From the NCBI RefSeq assembly GCF_009914755.1, contig NC_060932.1: 64,000 nt of DNA, one strand, 5' to 3'. Position 1 is the first letter of the stretch. Every line of letters begins with the position of its first letter. Both the position numbers and the translations under genes were made by a program. Shown here in pieces: positions 1 to 13,225 of the stretch. The stretch is from the human T2T-CHM13v2.0 reference genome, Homo sapiens. The notes beneath the pieces are model-generated. The model saw only the letters and a program-made list of their open reading frames with translations, did not search any database and was not told the origin of the DNA.

Positions 1-29
1 CAGATAGAGGAGCACATCTATTCCTAGAA

Positions 30-830
30 CGCTAAAGTTTTTAATTTGCTTTTTGTAAAAAACAAAAATTGATGGTGAATTTTCTCAAATATTTTTCTAC
101 ATACATCAAAATATTACATATATGCTTTCGTTCTTTAGCCTTTTGATATGGTAAATGTTTAAAATGGATTTTGAATGTAAAACCAAGCTTGCATTTCTAG
201 AATAAATACCACTTACTTGGTCATGATGTGATATATTTTTCATATATTACTAGGCTTGGTTTGCTAATATATTGTTTACATTTTTCTTTTTTGCATATGT
301 CCATAAGAGTTGATAGTCTCTTTCTTCTTTTGTAAATTTTGGTTAGATTTTTTTTAATGTATTTGTTCACTTCAACTAAGTTGTCAATTTCTTTCATGAA
401 GTTATTTATCATGACCGCTCATCATTCCTTTTAACATCCGTTAGCTCTCAGTAATGACCCCTCCTTCATTCCTGATGTTGATAACTTGTATTTTCTGTCT
501 CTTTTTTCTAAATTTTTTTTTTGCTATGGGTTTATCTAATTTATTAGTTTCCCCAAATATCTGATATTTGCCTTAATTAATTTTCTTTATTATTTTCTCT
601 TTTCTATTTAATTTTTCCCAGTTTTATTTTTATTTTTCATTTATTTTGTTTGTTTTGCTTTGGTTCAATTTGCTCCTCCATTCTTAAGTTCTTAAGATCA
701 TTAAGTTTATACCTACCTTCTTTTGGTGTATGTATTTAAACATTTAAATTTCACTCAAATGACTACTTAAGATTCAGTCACAGAGTTTGATATGTTGTAT
801 TTTTATTTTTGTTCAGTTCAAAATGTATAT
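30..830 (-). mobile_element. Old L1 (L1M-type) ORF2 fragment, antisense
   Basis: T-rich sequence with degenerate L1 motifs (aaccaagcttgcatttctagaataaataccactt; cattcctgatgttgataacttgtattttc). Confidence 0.7.
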
Positions 831-1883
831 GCTTTAAAATAATAAGTATATACATTTGCTTTAAAGTAATACATATATACATTAAAATGTAGAAGATATA
901 AATGCAAATAAACTTCACAGGAAAAATAACTAAAACATAGTGTGATATTCTTACAGTTTAAAGATTAGAAAAATTATATCCAGATCAGTATAGCGAGAAA
1001 GCCTATATTTCCCATCTTAGTTCCAGGAAAATTACAGAATGTGAGAGTAATAAAAGAGAAGAACAATATCTGTTTTTTAGCACATGGACTATTATGTAAG
1101 TAGTGTTCCCTATGACCTATGATGTTTGAAATCAAGTATAATATTTCAAATATTAATTGAGCGTCAATTATATTTGTGGGTAATATTTATAAACATTAGT
1201 AACTTTAAAAAATATCTTTAGAAAAATCAAATAATCAGAAGTCAGGAACTATTGTGACTCTAACACTTACTAAACTGGGAAATCTTAGAAAATGACAAAT
1301 CTTTAAGGCATTACTCATCTTTAAAAAATAGATATTAGTAGGCATCTCATTAAAATCTAATATGAAGTTTTTTCATTGCAATTATACAAAATGTGATAAT
1401 TTTAATGGATACTTGGATACTAACAAAGAGTACCTACAAAAACAGAACATGCAAACATTTTTGCATCATGGAAAATTATAGTTTCTAAGGGTAGGATTTA
1501 CCACTTGGTTGAAATATGACATTAAATAGAACTCTGTAGACAACCAAAATCTTGTATTATTTTAAGTATGGTTTCTAAGAGCAGGCCACTTTAGATAATT
1601 AAACAAAATAATACTTTTTATAAGGCTGTACATTTTCCTTTATAAAGTCTTAATGTTTCTGAAATCAAAGACAAATTTTTGTGAGTCTCTTTTAGTGCCC
1701 AGATACCTGTAGTCACTTGGCTTACTTGCAAAACTCTGGCTTTAGTATAACTGAGATAAAATTGTATTGTAATATCTGATTTACTTGATATTACTGAGTA
1801 TCCTTGAAAGTGTAATGGAATGCATCAGTTTAGAAGGTTATGGCATTCTCACCAGTGGAATGTTATGATTTTGTCTCCTGCAG

Positions 1884-1966
1884 GTGCTCCAAGTGACCAG
1901 AGCAGTGGCACCTCCTCTCCTCTCTGTGACAGTGGCTTACATCTCAACTACCATCCCAACAATACA
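1884..1966 (+). CDS. SNTG1: Gamma-1-syntrophin internal exon, 83 bp (phase 1 to 0)
   Basis: Acceptor ttgtctcctgcag|, donor aca|gtaaga. Reads gt + APSDQSSGTSSPLCDSGLHLNYHPNNT, in frame with the next exon. Confidence 0.95.
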
Positions 1967-4900
1967 GTAAGATGACCCAGGCATAGCTCAGATTAATAAG
2001 GAGATAACACATAGCTTATAAAAACTGCTAGTGAATCTGATTTATCTGACAGATAGGAAATCCCTGGTTGCATAATCATTTAAGAATTATGATAAACAAG
2101 AAATGCAAAATAAATAGATCAGGTTTCTTATGCCATTTTTTTCCCCTCTCAAGTCTGTATGGATTAAGTTCTTTTGAAGCAATAGATACTATTAACTTGG
2201 GGATGTCACTGGAGATGTATAATATACAATCATTTTAGAACATTGCACATTATATGTGATTTCAGGTTCAAAATGCTTTGACATTAGTTTTCTCACTTTT
2301 TTCTTTTGAAATTACTTAACTAAAAGTAACTATTTAATTTGCTATTTGTTAGGATTTTTTTAGCCAACTTTATTCACAGTAAGCAATTACTGCAAAGTGA
2401 GAAAATCCAATTCACACATTATTTTGACATGTAAAGAACGTTTAACTATACATGTATTTAGTAGAAGTTAAAATTAAACTTTGTTTTATAGATATTTAAT
2501 ACAATTTTAATCTTTGTTCTCTACTTGCATTTTGAGTAAATCGATTTTAATATCTTATAAATGTTTTTGAAGTTCCTTGCATTTCATCCTTCAAAACACT
2601 CACACATTCTTAAAGAAATAATTTTCTCTGGTTATAAGCAGATCTAACAATCATCTTTCATGCTTACAAACATAAAGAGAAGCAGAGGTGACGTTAAGCA
2701 GAATTTTATTGTTCTATTCCACATATCATGGTACATACGTCATATAGCTTCTTCAACCGACTGGTATGATTCATCCTGCAATTTGAAATTTTTGTCAAAA
2801 TAGTGGCATTTTACTTCAAAGCAATCTTTTTGAACATCTTCAGTCCTGAATGGCTTTCACGGTACCTGATTTCCCTAGTATTACTCCTCAGCTGAGTACC
2901 TTAGGCCCTCAAGTTGTCAACTTTTTTCCTTCGTAAAAAGAAATTTGCCAACACCAAAGGTTATCTGTACAAATCTAGGGATATTTTCTAAAACCATCTT
3001 CAGCTGGATATATTTCATGTGGCCATCTTTGAAACTTTTTTTTTTTTTGCCAAAGAAATAATTGCCACACAATAAGTGGCATTTAAAACCACAATACAGC
3101 ATGATTGGAGTGACTTAAAGTTTATGAGGAAATATACAGGTTTCCTAATGAAAAACTTAGATATACAACCAAATTTTTTACCTCTTTATTTTGTAATTGC
3201 TTTGCTCACCTTCTTCCCTCCCGATCCAGATGCCTTCGATAATTTCGATCCACTTCTGTTTTCCTTCACCGCGCTGGTGCACCTGCCCTCAGTAGCTGGA
3301 GGTGTTGGCTGTGCCCATTCACAGCTTATCCCTCTTGTCTGGATCCCCTTTGCCTGGGAGTCAGAGCTCACAGGGGTGTTTGGCACCACATGCCCTGCTT
3401 CCATCAGTCCTCAGAGGTTGTTCCTGAGAGTGCCCCCTCCACGTGTCCCTCACACAAGAATCTCCATCTCACCTCTGCTCCTAAGACAGAAACAAGAGCA
3501 ACTTACTTCAGAATGGGAGAAAGCTCTTTGGAGCTGTTTTGTTCTAGGTCTTGCCTCATACCCTTGAACTCCTGTATAATAAGCAGAGCAGAGGAGTCAG
3601 AGTGGCAGGTCTAAGGGTAGAAATCATTCTGGTTTGTTTTTAATCCATTCCATTGACATATAGAAAAACATATATAGAATAATGTCCTTCCTTATAAAAC
3701 TGTAATTACAGCAAGAAAATCACTCCAATTCTATAACATCCCAAATAAATTCAGTTTTATAAAATTAAAAATAAAGCAACTGTTATAAATTCTTCTTACT
3801 GGAGCTATGTCTCCCCATTTCCAGAGGCACATTTTATTTTCCTTTTAGCACTAGGATTGAACATTCTTTTGACATTGCTGAAGATATTTCAGTGTAAGGA
3901 AATTGAAAGTATCATGATGCTATAGAGAATAATAATAAAACCGTATGAAAACAAAATAAAGTATATTCAAAATAAAGACAAAAATCTCAATGCATATCAA
4001 TTAAATGCATTTTTGTTGAGAACTTACTCTGTGGAAATACCCCTCTAGCTATTTTACTTTGGGGAGCTGTTAATTATGATTTTAACACAAAAAAATTAAG
4101 ATCCAGATCTATAGACAAAAGCATACAATTAACTATAACATAAGCAGAAAAAGAGAAGAATGAGTAGCAGCATTCTAGTAACAGAGATAAAGAGTTGTAG
4201 AGACTTTGACCATCTGACTAAAAATTCAACGTAAGTTGAGAGACTACAAACCAAGTGTGTGCTTTGTTGCTCGCACGGGAGCATTAACCTGCAATGGTAA
4301 TCAGACCGTGCAGGCTTGCACAGCCAGGGCTAGCACGTGCTGTTCCTTCTGTATCTTGAATAAGCTTTGATGGAGGAATGGCAAGTGGAGAACATCTCTA
4401 CTCAGAGATGTACAAAATTAGGAGAGGTCAAAGACATGAAATAACAACAGACAGTGGGCACTCAGAAGAAAGAGTGCATTGTGAGGCAAATTTTCTTTCC
4501 ACAGAATATGTGTATATTATAGACAGTCTATTTAAAAGAAACATTTGATTTTCTGATGTGTGTTAATTCTCAGTTCTATCCTAGGCTCACAAACTGCCTT
4601 TTCAATGTCTATACCTTGATCTGAAGCCAATTTTGAGTAGGTATTATTCTGGTTTTCTAACATGTCCTTACTGTATTTTAAGGCAGCATTTTAATTCTAA
4701 GGGGAAATAAAGGCTTATAGTATATTAGCATCATTCCACTATCCTACATAAAAATATAATCTATTCCTTCTAAAGATGCGCGACATCACTAATTTGAAGG
4801 TACATGAAAGTCACTTGTTTTGCCAACCAAGACCTTGGCTCTTAAGCCCCAGCCCAGATTCACTGAATTTCTTCTCTCTAGAGATGGAGTAGAAGAATTT

Positions 4901-6220
4901 GTTCTGTGCTTACCAGAAGACTCTGATTCAGATAATCAGCCAACCAGACTGAGAAACATTCTTCTTAACTGTACACCTTTAATTAATACATCCTATGCCA
5001 CCAAATCCTTAATAAAATCTCAGTTAGCAGTTTGCCCTTTGTGCAGTTCTGTTCTGGTAAGATAGTTGTTCTTGAGGATATTGTGTGGCATGTGTAAAAT
5101 TTTGGGAAACAAGCAAGGAGACATAATTGCTGCTTTTTCCAGTCACATTATTAATATTGTAGGAAACAACATTCTTGACATTGTAGAGTAGAGCTATTGA
5201 AAAATAGTCATGGTTCTCAAAAGCACAAAAGTGATTGTGTTTTTAGACTATCTTTTATGCAAAAATAAATAAACTACTATTCCAAAAAAATGATTAGAAA
5301 GTAAATTTATATTCTATTTACATAAATAAAATAAGTAAGGAGAAAAATTCTTTAAAGGATAGCTTGTGTTCCACTGTAAATAACAGGTCTATAATATGAA
5401 ATACATCAACTCTGTTGAGTCAAATAACTGAAGTGGGACTTATTACATATTTCTTATAAAGAAGAAATATAAGAAAGTGACATACTTATACCTTTGGTAC
5501 ATACAGGCATCAAATCAAGATGCCACAAGAAAGAATGTCAAAGGCCACATATATTTCCATACTTGCCAATCTATGAAGTGTATTGATAAGATTTGTAAAA
5601 CCTACCGTACTCATGTATTGGTGATTAGTCAGTCCTCAACATCTCATTACCCATATCTTTAACAATCTTTGACATTTTCTATCCCATTTATTGAAGAAAC
5701 ACAAAATTTGAAAGAAATTATTATTGTATTTTATGAAAGATGAGAAAGCATCTTTAAATAATATACCTGAAGTTATATAACCAAAATGTGAAATAATCAA
5801 GTAAAAAAATCCAAATTATTTTTCCATTGTTTCACTCCTGATTATCCAGGTTGAATGTTAAATGTTCCACAGTAGATCTGTTGGCTCTGCTATCAAAAAG
5901 GTGTTAGTCTGAGTGAATCCTGGGGGTGCCCTTTGCTGGCTGGGTGACTTGGGTAAATTGTTTACTATAGAACTTAGGAATGCGTGTGTGTGCACTGGGG
6001 TTCTGGGAAGGAGTTTCAGTCATTGCCAACGAGGACCTTGCTTTGTGCAGCTGGGTGGGTCCTGGGCCACTTGCAATCCCTGTGGACATCTCTGGCCTGG
6101 TCACAGAAACCTTGTTTGTTTACCCAAGCCTGCCACACAGTATTATTGCTTCTTCATGTTCCCTCATGAAGAAAAGTTGGGAAGTAATAATAAAATACTT
6201 CTTTAAAAAAACTTTCTTGT

Positions 6221-6501
6221 CTCACGCCTGCAATCCCAGCACTTTGGGAGGCCAAGGCAGGTGGATCACCTGAGGTCAAGAGTTCAAGACCAGCCTGGCC
6301 AACATGGTGAAACCCCTTCTCTACTAAAAATACAAAAATTAGTCAGGCCTGGTGGTGGGCACCTGTAGTCTCAGCTACTTGGGAGGCTGAGGCAGGAGGA
6401 CCACTTGACCCCAGGGGCGGAGGTTTCAGTGAGCTAAGATCACACCATGCACTTCTAAGTGATAGAGTGAGACCCTGTCTCAAAAACTAAAAATAAAAAA
6501 A
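6221..6501 (+). mobile_element. Alu (S/J type, slightly 5'-truncated)
   Basis: ctcacgcctgcaatcccagcactttgggagg ... gagaccctgtctc followed by an A-rich tail. Confidence 0.97.
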
Positions 6502-6869
6502 CCTTCTGTTTTTCCTTTCAAATATGAACATAGTAATAGCTTTGTTTTTCAAAGATGTTGCAAGTGGTGTAAGTCAAGCACTTAGTACAAGTAGGTATTA
6601 TTAAAACTACTATTAAATAGTAACAGTAATATTCCTAAGAATGCCCTCCCTAAAAGTTCCATGTTTAGAAATAATTTTGCCCCTTATTTCAGCTTATTAT
6701 TATTTCTCGAGAATATAATATTTGATACATTTTACTTACAGCTACCAAGCCAGGCATCTAAGTAGTTTGTTTTACTAAATGTTAAATTACCATTAGCCTT
6801 TTAGATATATTGAAAATAGTATGGAGCCATTTAGCTGGGCTAGATTATAAGAAATTTTTTATTTGTTGC

Positions 6870-7030
6870 TATAATCTTACCAGTTGTTACCATTATTATC
6901 CCCACTTTGAAGATAAACATAGTAAGATAGAGACTACAAAACTTGCCCCCAGGTAATGGACTACTCAGTTGGGAAACTGGTATTCAAATCTAAGTGTTCT
7001 GATTCTGACTTGCAGCTTAAGACCTCGCCA
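6870..7030 (-). mobile_element. MIR SINE remnant
   Basis: cattattatccccactttgaagata ... aacttgccccc ... ggtattcaaatctaagtgttctgattc resembles the MIR core. Confidence 0.65.
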
Positions 7031-8384
7031 CCTTGTACTATCTCCCAGCTGATCCCATGTCATATGCTGACCACCTGTACAGCTGACATGAAGATCTGAC
7101 CTCACATCACATGCCGATCATCCATAACATCTGACATGAGGCCAGGAGAAAGAGTAATATGAAACCTAGGTTTGTGCCTTTGCAGTCACCAGAGAGGCAT
7201 TAAAAGCAACTGACTAGCATTGAAGGACAGGTGACTTGGAAGCTGAGGTGCTCATTGAGTCACCAGTAGGGACCCCTCACTAAGTGATCTTAGCCAGTCC
7301 ACACTTCCAGGTATTCTAAACTGCTCCACTGACTTAGTACATTTTTATTTGCTCAATCTGCCACAATTAACATAAAATGCCAGGCAACATACAACCTTAA
7401 GTAAAAGTAATATTGTTTTTCACTGGAAGCATTGTTAAAAAGTTTAATGCCTGAGAGTAATGCTTAATAATATTTAGACTTCACAGAGTTTCAATATCTA
7501 GACTAAAATAGAATCTTCTTCCAACACTATCACTCAAAAATTAGTGAATAAAGGGAAGTCAATGTTACCAGTTTACTGGTCAAATTGAGCTTACAACCCA
7601 TGCCAATTTAAATATTAATATTATTTGATGTGTTGGTGTGATGAAGAAATTTTAACATTAAAACTGAAATAATGAAGGAAACATGAATCAAGTGAAAAAG
7701 CCCAAATTTTATCAAATATTAGTCTCCTCTATATATAAAGGAAGAAAAAAGCTCTAACAAAACTTAATGTATGTGTAATTTTAAGCCAGCAGTAGTTGCC
7801 TTGATATGCAATTAAAACAACATAAGAAAGTATAAACTTTTTATGAACATGAAGTTAGAAAAAGGAGCACAGATTTCCTTGAGCAGTGTTTTGAAAGTTG
7901 TTTTATAGGAAAGCTTATTCTATTCAAAAATATTTGCAAAAATCTGATAAATTAAAAACACTTATGATTGTGCTTGGCACTCATAAAATACTCTCTATTT
8001 GAATGAACTACAGCTGATTTTTATTTCTTCACTTAATTGGTTAATTATAGTTACAGTTTTTTCCCACTTTTTCCATTCTTGAATAAATTATGTTCTGTCA
8101 CATTCTTATCCTTTCCTTCCAGCTCCCCTCATTTTAAAATACGTTTTCACTAGCACTCTTAGTCTCAATGATTCCTTTCTTAACTTCTTATAGCATTCTG
8201 TTAATAAATAAGTTAACCAATACAACTTTAGTGTCCATAATTTGGACTTCTTCTCATGGTATTCCATTAAAGTCTTTTGATCATTTAGGGGAAAAATAAT
8301 ATCCCCCAGATAAAAGGGGTTTGAGATACAGAAACTCAAAGCACAGAAGAAAAAAATTACGTTGAATATTTATCTTCCTTTCAG

Positions 8385-8515
8385 GACACATTATCATGCT
8401 CGTCGTGGCCGACGTCTCCAGGCTTGAGGTGGGAGAAGCGATGGTGCGACCTCAGACTGATCCCTCTACTTCATTCGCGCTTCTCTCAGTATGTGCCCGG
8501 CACAGATTTGAGTCG
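8385..8515 (+). CDS. SNTG1: Gamma-1-syntrophin internal exon, 131 bp (phase 0 to 2)
   Basis: Acceptor tcttcctttcag|, donor tcg|gtgagt. Encodes DTLSCSSWPTSPGLRWEKRWCDLRLIPLLHSRFSQYVPGTDLS + cg. Confidence 0.96.
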
Positions 8516-8819
8516 GTGAGTCCGTGTTTAGGAGTTATGACTGTTTTGTTTATGAAAAAAGAGACCTTTTAGAAAACCTTTTGACATATCACAATACGCC
8601 TTATGATTTTAGTATGTTTTTGATAGTAGAAAGAAGAGCTTCAAAATAATAATCTAACAAAGTTAAACACTTATTATTCTGATGACAAAACCACAAGTTA
8701 AAGCCCTGACTCTGCTATTAACTTATTGTAATGGATTCAATAGACTCAATAGATAGTTTTATTAAGTTTTCATATTTCATATTTGTTAATTGTTTACTTC
8801 TCAAGAATATTGCATAGTT

Positions 8820-9097
8820 TATCTATTTGTTTGTTTGTTCACTTATTTTGAGGCAAGGTCTAGCTCTGTTGCCCTAGCTGGAGTGCAGAGGGGTGATCTT
8901 AGCTCACTGCAACCTCCACCTCCTGAGTTCAGGTGATCCTCCCACTTCAGCCTCCCGAGTAGCTGGGACTGCAGGCACATGCCACCATGCCCAGCTAATT
9001 TTTTGTTTTGTTTTGTTTTGTTTTCGTAGACATGGGAGATCTGCCTGCCTCAGCCTCCCAAAGTGCTGGGATTATAGGCATAAACCACATGCCCAGC
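8820..9097 (-). mobile_element. AluJ-like element with an internal deletion in the left monomer
   Basis: Antisense Alu. About 45-50 bp are missing between gtagacatggg and agatctgcctgcc. TSD gcatagtt at 8812-8819 and 9099-9106. Confidence 0.93.
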
Positions 9098-9412
9098 AGC
9101 ATAGTTGGTCTAAATTATAAGATTTATTTTCTGCTTTTAATATTCTTATATTATTATCTATTTTAGTAAGTGTAAGATAAGTAGTGCCCTCCTTTTCATT
9201 CTTGAAACTTTTTTTCTCTTTTTATCTTGATCAGTTTTGCTAAGGAGTTGTACATTTTGTTGATTTTTTAAAAATGATTAATTTGGGACTTTCTTGAATC
9301 TCTTAACTTGTATGTATACTTTATGAGTCTCTGCTTTTTCCCTGATTGTTTCCATTTCTTAAGTTTTTCAGCTTGAATTTTTGTTCTTATAGCTTTCTGA
9401 GAGATATAACCT

Positions 9413-9635
9413 CCAGGGGTTGGGAAACTTTCCTGTAAAGAGCTGTATAGTAAATATTTTATGCTTTGCAGGCCTTAATGTCTCCATCACAAAGTACTCA
9501 ACTCTGCTCTTCTGGCACAAAAATAGCCATATACAATATATAAATAAATGAGCACACCTTTGTTCCAATAAAACTTTTTCACAAAAACAGGTGGCAGGCT
9601 AGATTTGTCCCATAGGCTGTAGTTTGCCAGTCCAT
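9413..9635. mobile_element. MER58A (hAT-Charlie DNA transposon)
   Basis: caggggttgggaaactttcctgtaaag ... caactctgc ... gttccaataaaacttt ... ggcaggctagatttg ... gtagtttgcc matches MER58A. Confidence 0.85.
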
Positions 9636-9749
9636 TTTGATAATTAATTTTAAGATGTTTATCTCTTAATATATGTAGTCAGATCTTCACATTTCCAGCA
9701 AATACTGTTTTAGTTACTCCTGCAAGTTTAGCATTACCTCTTGATTTAT

Positions 9750-12700
9750 TTATAGTATTTTTGAGTATATCACTTTGCATAGTTTTCTGACTGGTTGCTT
9801 GAGGTATTATAATATGTGTAGGTAATATATCACAGTCTACTGGTAACGTTTTACCACTTTGAATGAAGAATAGAAATGTTGCTTCCATTAAGATTCCTTT
9901 ATCTTTCCTGTTTGTAAAGATATTACCTTAACTTCCTATATATACATCAAACACTATATCGGGTGGTATTATGAGTTTTGCTTCAACCATCAAATAAGAT
10001 TTTAAAAACTCGTGGAAAGGATAATCCATTATACTTAACCCAAAGTATACCCATCAATGATCTTTCTGAATTTCAAAGCTTCTTTTACCGCTTCCTTTCT
10101 GCTTAATTTTTTTAGACATTCTTTAAAGGTAGATTTGCTAGCATCTAATTCCCTTAGTTTTCATTTATCTGAGAGGATACAGACTTTGGAGTTGACAGTT
10201 CTTTTCTTTCAGTACCTAAAATATGTTAGGCATTAATGTCTACTGTCATTCAAATCAGTGTCCCCTGTAAGTAATATGTTCTTTCCCTCTGTCTGCTTTC
10301 AAGACTTTTTTTTCTTTTCTTTTCTTTTTTAGTTTCAGAAGACTAATTATGACGTATGTTGGCACATATTTCTTTAAATTTCTCCTAAATGGGCTTTATT
10401 CTGCTTCTTAAGTCTGTATGATTATGACTTTCACCAAATTAGGAAAGTTTTTGACCTTTATTCCTTCAAACACTTGATTAGTCCCGCTTTCCATTCTCTC
10501 CCTCTACATCTCTGTTGATGCAAATATTAACCCTTTTATTATTGTCCTGCATTTCACTGAGAAACTTTTTAAAAAATCTGTTTTCTTTCTGTTAAACAGA
10601 TTGGGAAAAGTTTATTGATCTGTATTTATGCTTTCAAATTTTATTTCCTGTCATTTAACTCTGCTCTTCAGCCAATTCAGCATTTTATTTTTTGTCGATT
10701 TATTTTTTTCAGTTCTAGTTTATCCTTTTAAAAATAACTTCTTTTTTGAAGTTTTTAAAAATATTTTTATTTGTTTCAAGAAAACTTGTAATTGCCTGTT
10801 GAAGCATTTTTAGGATGGTTACTGTAAAATCCTTGTGAGATATTTTCAATATCTCATTCATTTCATTGTTAGTATCATTAATTCTTTTCTCATTCAACTT
10901 GTGATTTTCCTGGATATTGATATGACAAGTGATTTAACAAAATCATCCTAGACTTTTTGGATATTAAATGTTGAGATTCAGATTACTATTTAATCTGGGT
11001 TTTGTTGTTGTTGTTGTTGTTCTTGTTCTTGTTGTTTTTAGCAGGCAATCTCTTTGTTGTGAGGACTGGGTGGGTGTATATGTTAAGTTTCCTACTGCAC
11101 CATGCTGACACCTGGAAAGGTAGATGGAGAGGGCTATTCATATTTCTTGGTTACTAAAGGTTGGAGGTAGAAGCTCAGCTCCTCAGGGAATTCTACTGAC
11201 ATAAGGAAGGAGGTGGACGGATAGGTGAGGGCAACTAGCTCCACCTCCCACCACCTCATTCCACTGCGGTGATGATGGTGGGAGAGACTCAGCTCCTTGC
11301 TGGGCCACACCTGTCAGCATGGAAGGGGAGGCACAGTACTTGTCCCATCTCCCACAAGCCCATTTATTCTAATTGCTGCAGGTGAGTATGAAGGTTCAGC
11401 TGTCCATGACACCCCACTGACACTACCCTGGCAGGGAAATTGGAGCCTGCTTCTTTAAGGTGTAGGATGGAAGAACAGCTTCTTGCTAAGCCCTGCTGAA
11501 AACCTTGTGAACAGGGAGACAATGGTTCCATTGGTATTTGACTGGATTTGGGCAGGTATTGCCAAAAGTTTTTGTTTTGTTTTTATTGTACCCATTCTCT
11601 AGTCCTTCAAAAAGGAGTTACAGATTTTTATTGGAGGCTTTACGTTTTTAAAAGTCTTGCTGTTAGCCATTCAGATTGGAGGTTTCAGAGGGTCGTGTCT
11701 AGGACATGCAGGAGGAAAACCCAGGGGATTCAGCACTTTTTTTATCCCTGAATTTGAAGTCCCTAGCCATTCATGCTTAGCTGTTCACCTCACAGGGGCT
11801 TCCCATACTTTTGTCATCTTATGTGTGAAGTTCTTTAGTTGCATCAGAAAGCAGCTGATAAGAATGAGGCCACTCTGTCTTGGCCAGAATAAGAAATCCA
11901 CAAGTATTGATATTCATGTATTTTAAAAAATTCATTTGATAATGTTTTATTTTTTGTTATAATTACTTCTATGACCTATGGACTATTTAAAAGTGTATCA
12001 CAAAATTTCAAAATATTTTGGGATTTTCTAATTATCTTTTTTTGCTATTTCTATTTAGTATAATTTCATGCTAGATGATTTCAATACTTTGATATTTGTT
12101 GAGGCTTGATTTTACTCAGCATATACGTTATTTTGGGAAATGTTTTATATGTATTTATAAAGGATGAGTATTGTCATTTTTTTAGTGCTGTGTTGTACGT
12201 ATTTCAATTAGGTCATATGTGTTCGTTAGAGGCTCTGATCCTCTGCATCATTCATGATTTTTTTCTGTTTATTGTATTAGGTTTTACATAAACATGGTAA
12301 AGTGTCCCACTATGATGGTAGATCTGTGTGTTTCTCTACATTGTTGAGTCAGTGTTTGCTGTATATATTTAATTATGTTGTCAGATGCAAGTAGATTTAG
12401 AATTTTTATAAATTCCTGTTATATGATGCTTGATAATTATGGCATGTCCAGTACCTTTGGAAATGTTTCTTGCCTTTAAGTCTATCTGTATTAGGATAAA
12501 TAAAAAACAGATTTCTATTTGTTAATATCTACTTGTATATTCTTCTATCCTATTCTTTAAACTTTTATTAGTCTTACTGTATAAAATATGCCCCTTCTGC
12601 ATTAAATATATATGTATATATACACATCTATATATTATACATATATTTGCAATATTCTTTGTTGTTTTTAATCCAAAGTAACAAACTTGGTCATTAATTC

Positions 12701-12785
12701 AAATTAGTCTAGTTACCTTTAATGTAACTACATATATATTTTGATTATACATCTTATTTTTTTCTATTGAAAATCCTAGCTTTTT
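9750..12785 (-). mobile_element. Old L1M fragments (ORF1/5' region and ORF2), antisense
   Basis: Degenerate L1 motifs throughout (tttctctgtctgctttcaagac; ttcaccaaattaggaaagtttt; aagtgtcccactatgatggtagatctgt). Boundaries approximate. Confidence 0.65.
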
Positions 12786-12789
12786 ATAA

Positions 12790-12947
12790 TTAAACCTTTT
12801 ATTTTGAAAAAATTGAATATTCACGTGCACTTGTGGGAAATAGTATTTTCATTTACTCTTATTATCCCAGATTGTATCACATTGCAAAACTGTAATACAA
12901 TATCCCAACCAGGGAATGGACTTGACAAAATTCACCACTAAGATTTT

Positions 12948-12985
<38 letters not shown>

Positions 12986-13225
12986 ATGTTTATTTCTGTG
13001 AAATTTTATCACATATGCATGTTCCTGCATCCACTAACGCAGTCAAGTTTTGTATGAACAGTTCCATCATTGCAGGCATTCTCCTGTAGTCCTTCCATAA
13101 CTACACCAGCATCCCTCTTGCCCTCCTCCCTCACCACATTTCTAATCTCTGACAACTAATAATCTGTTCTTCACCTCTGTTATTTGATCATATTAAGAAC
13201 ATTATATATGATACTATATAACCTT
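12790..13225 (-). mobile_element. L1MC-type 3' end, antisense; resumes at about 15178-15750
   Basis: aaactgtaatacaatatcccaaccaggga; ctctgacaactaataatctgttct. Continues as ggataatttcctggagattc after the L1MA insertion. Confidence 0.75.
12951..12984. repeat. (TG)n microsatellite
   Basis: About 17 uninterrupted TG units. Confidence 0.98.

Noticed and set aside
3076-3567. Longest ORF (163 aa) and antisense 72-aa ORF ending GGKKVSKAITK, faintly like histone H2B
   Set aside because: The long ORF starts at GTG and has no recognisable domain. The H2B likeness is a few residues followed by a stop, with no histone fold.
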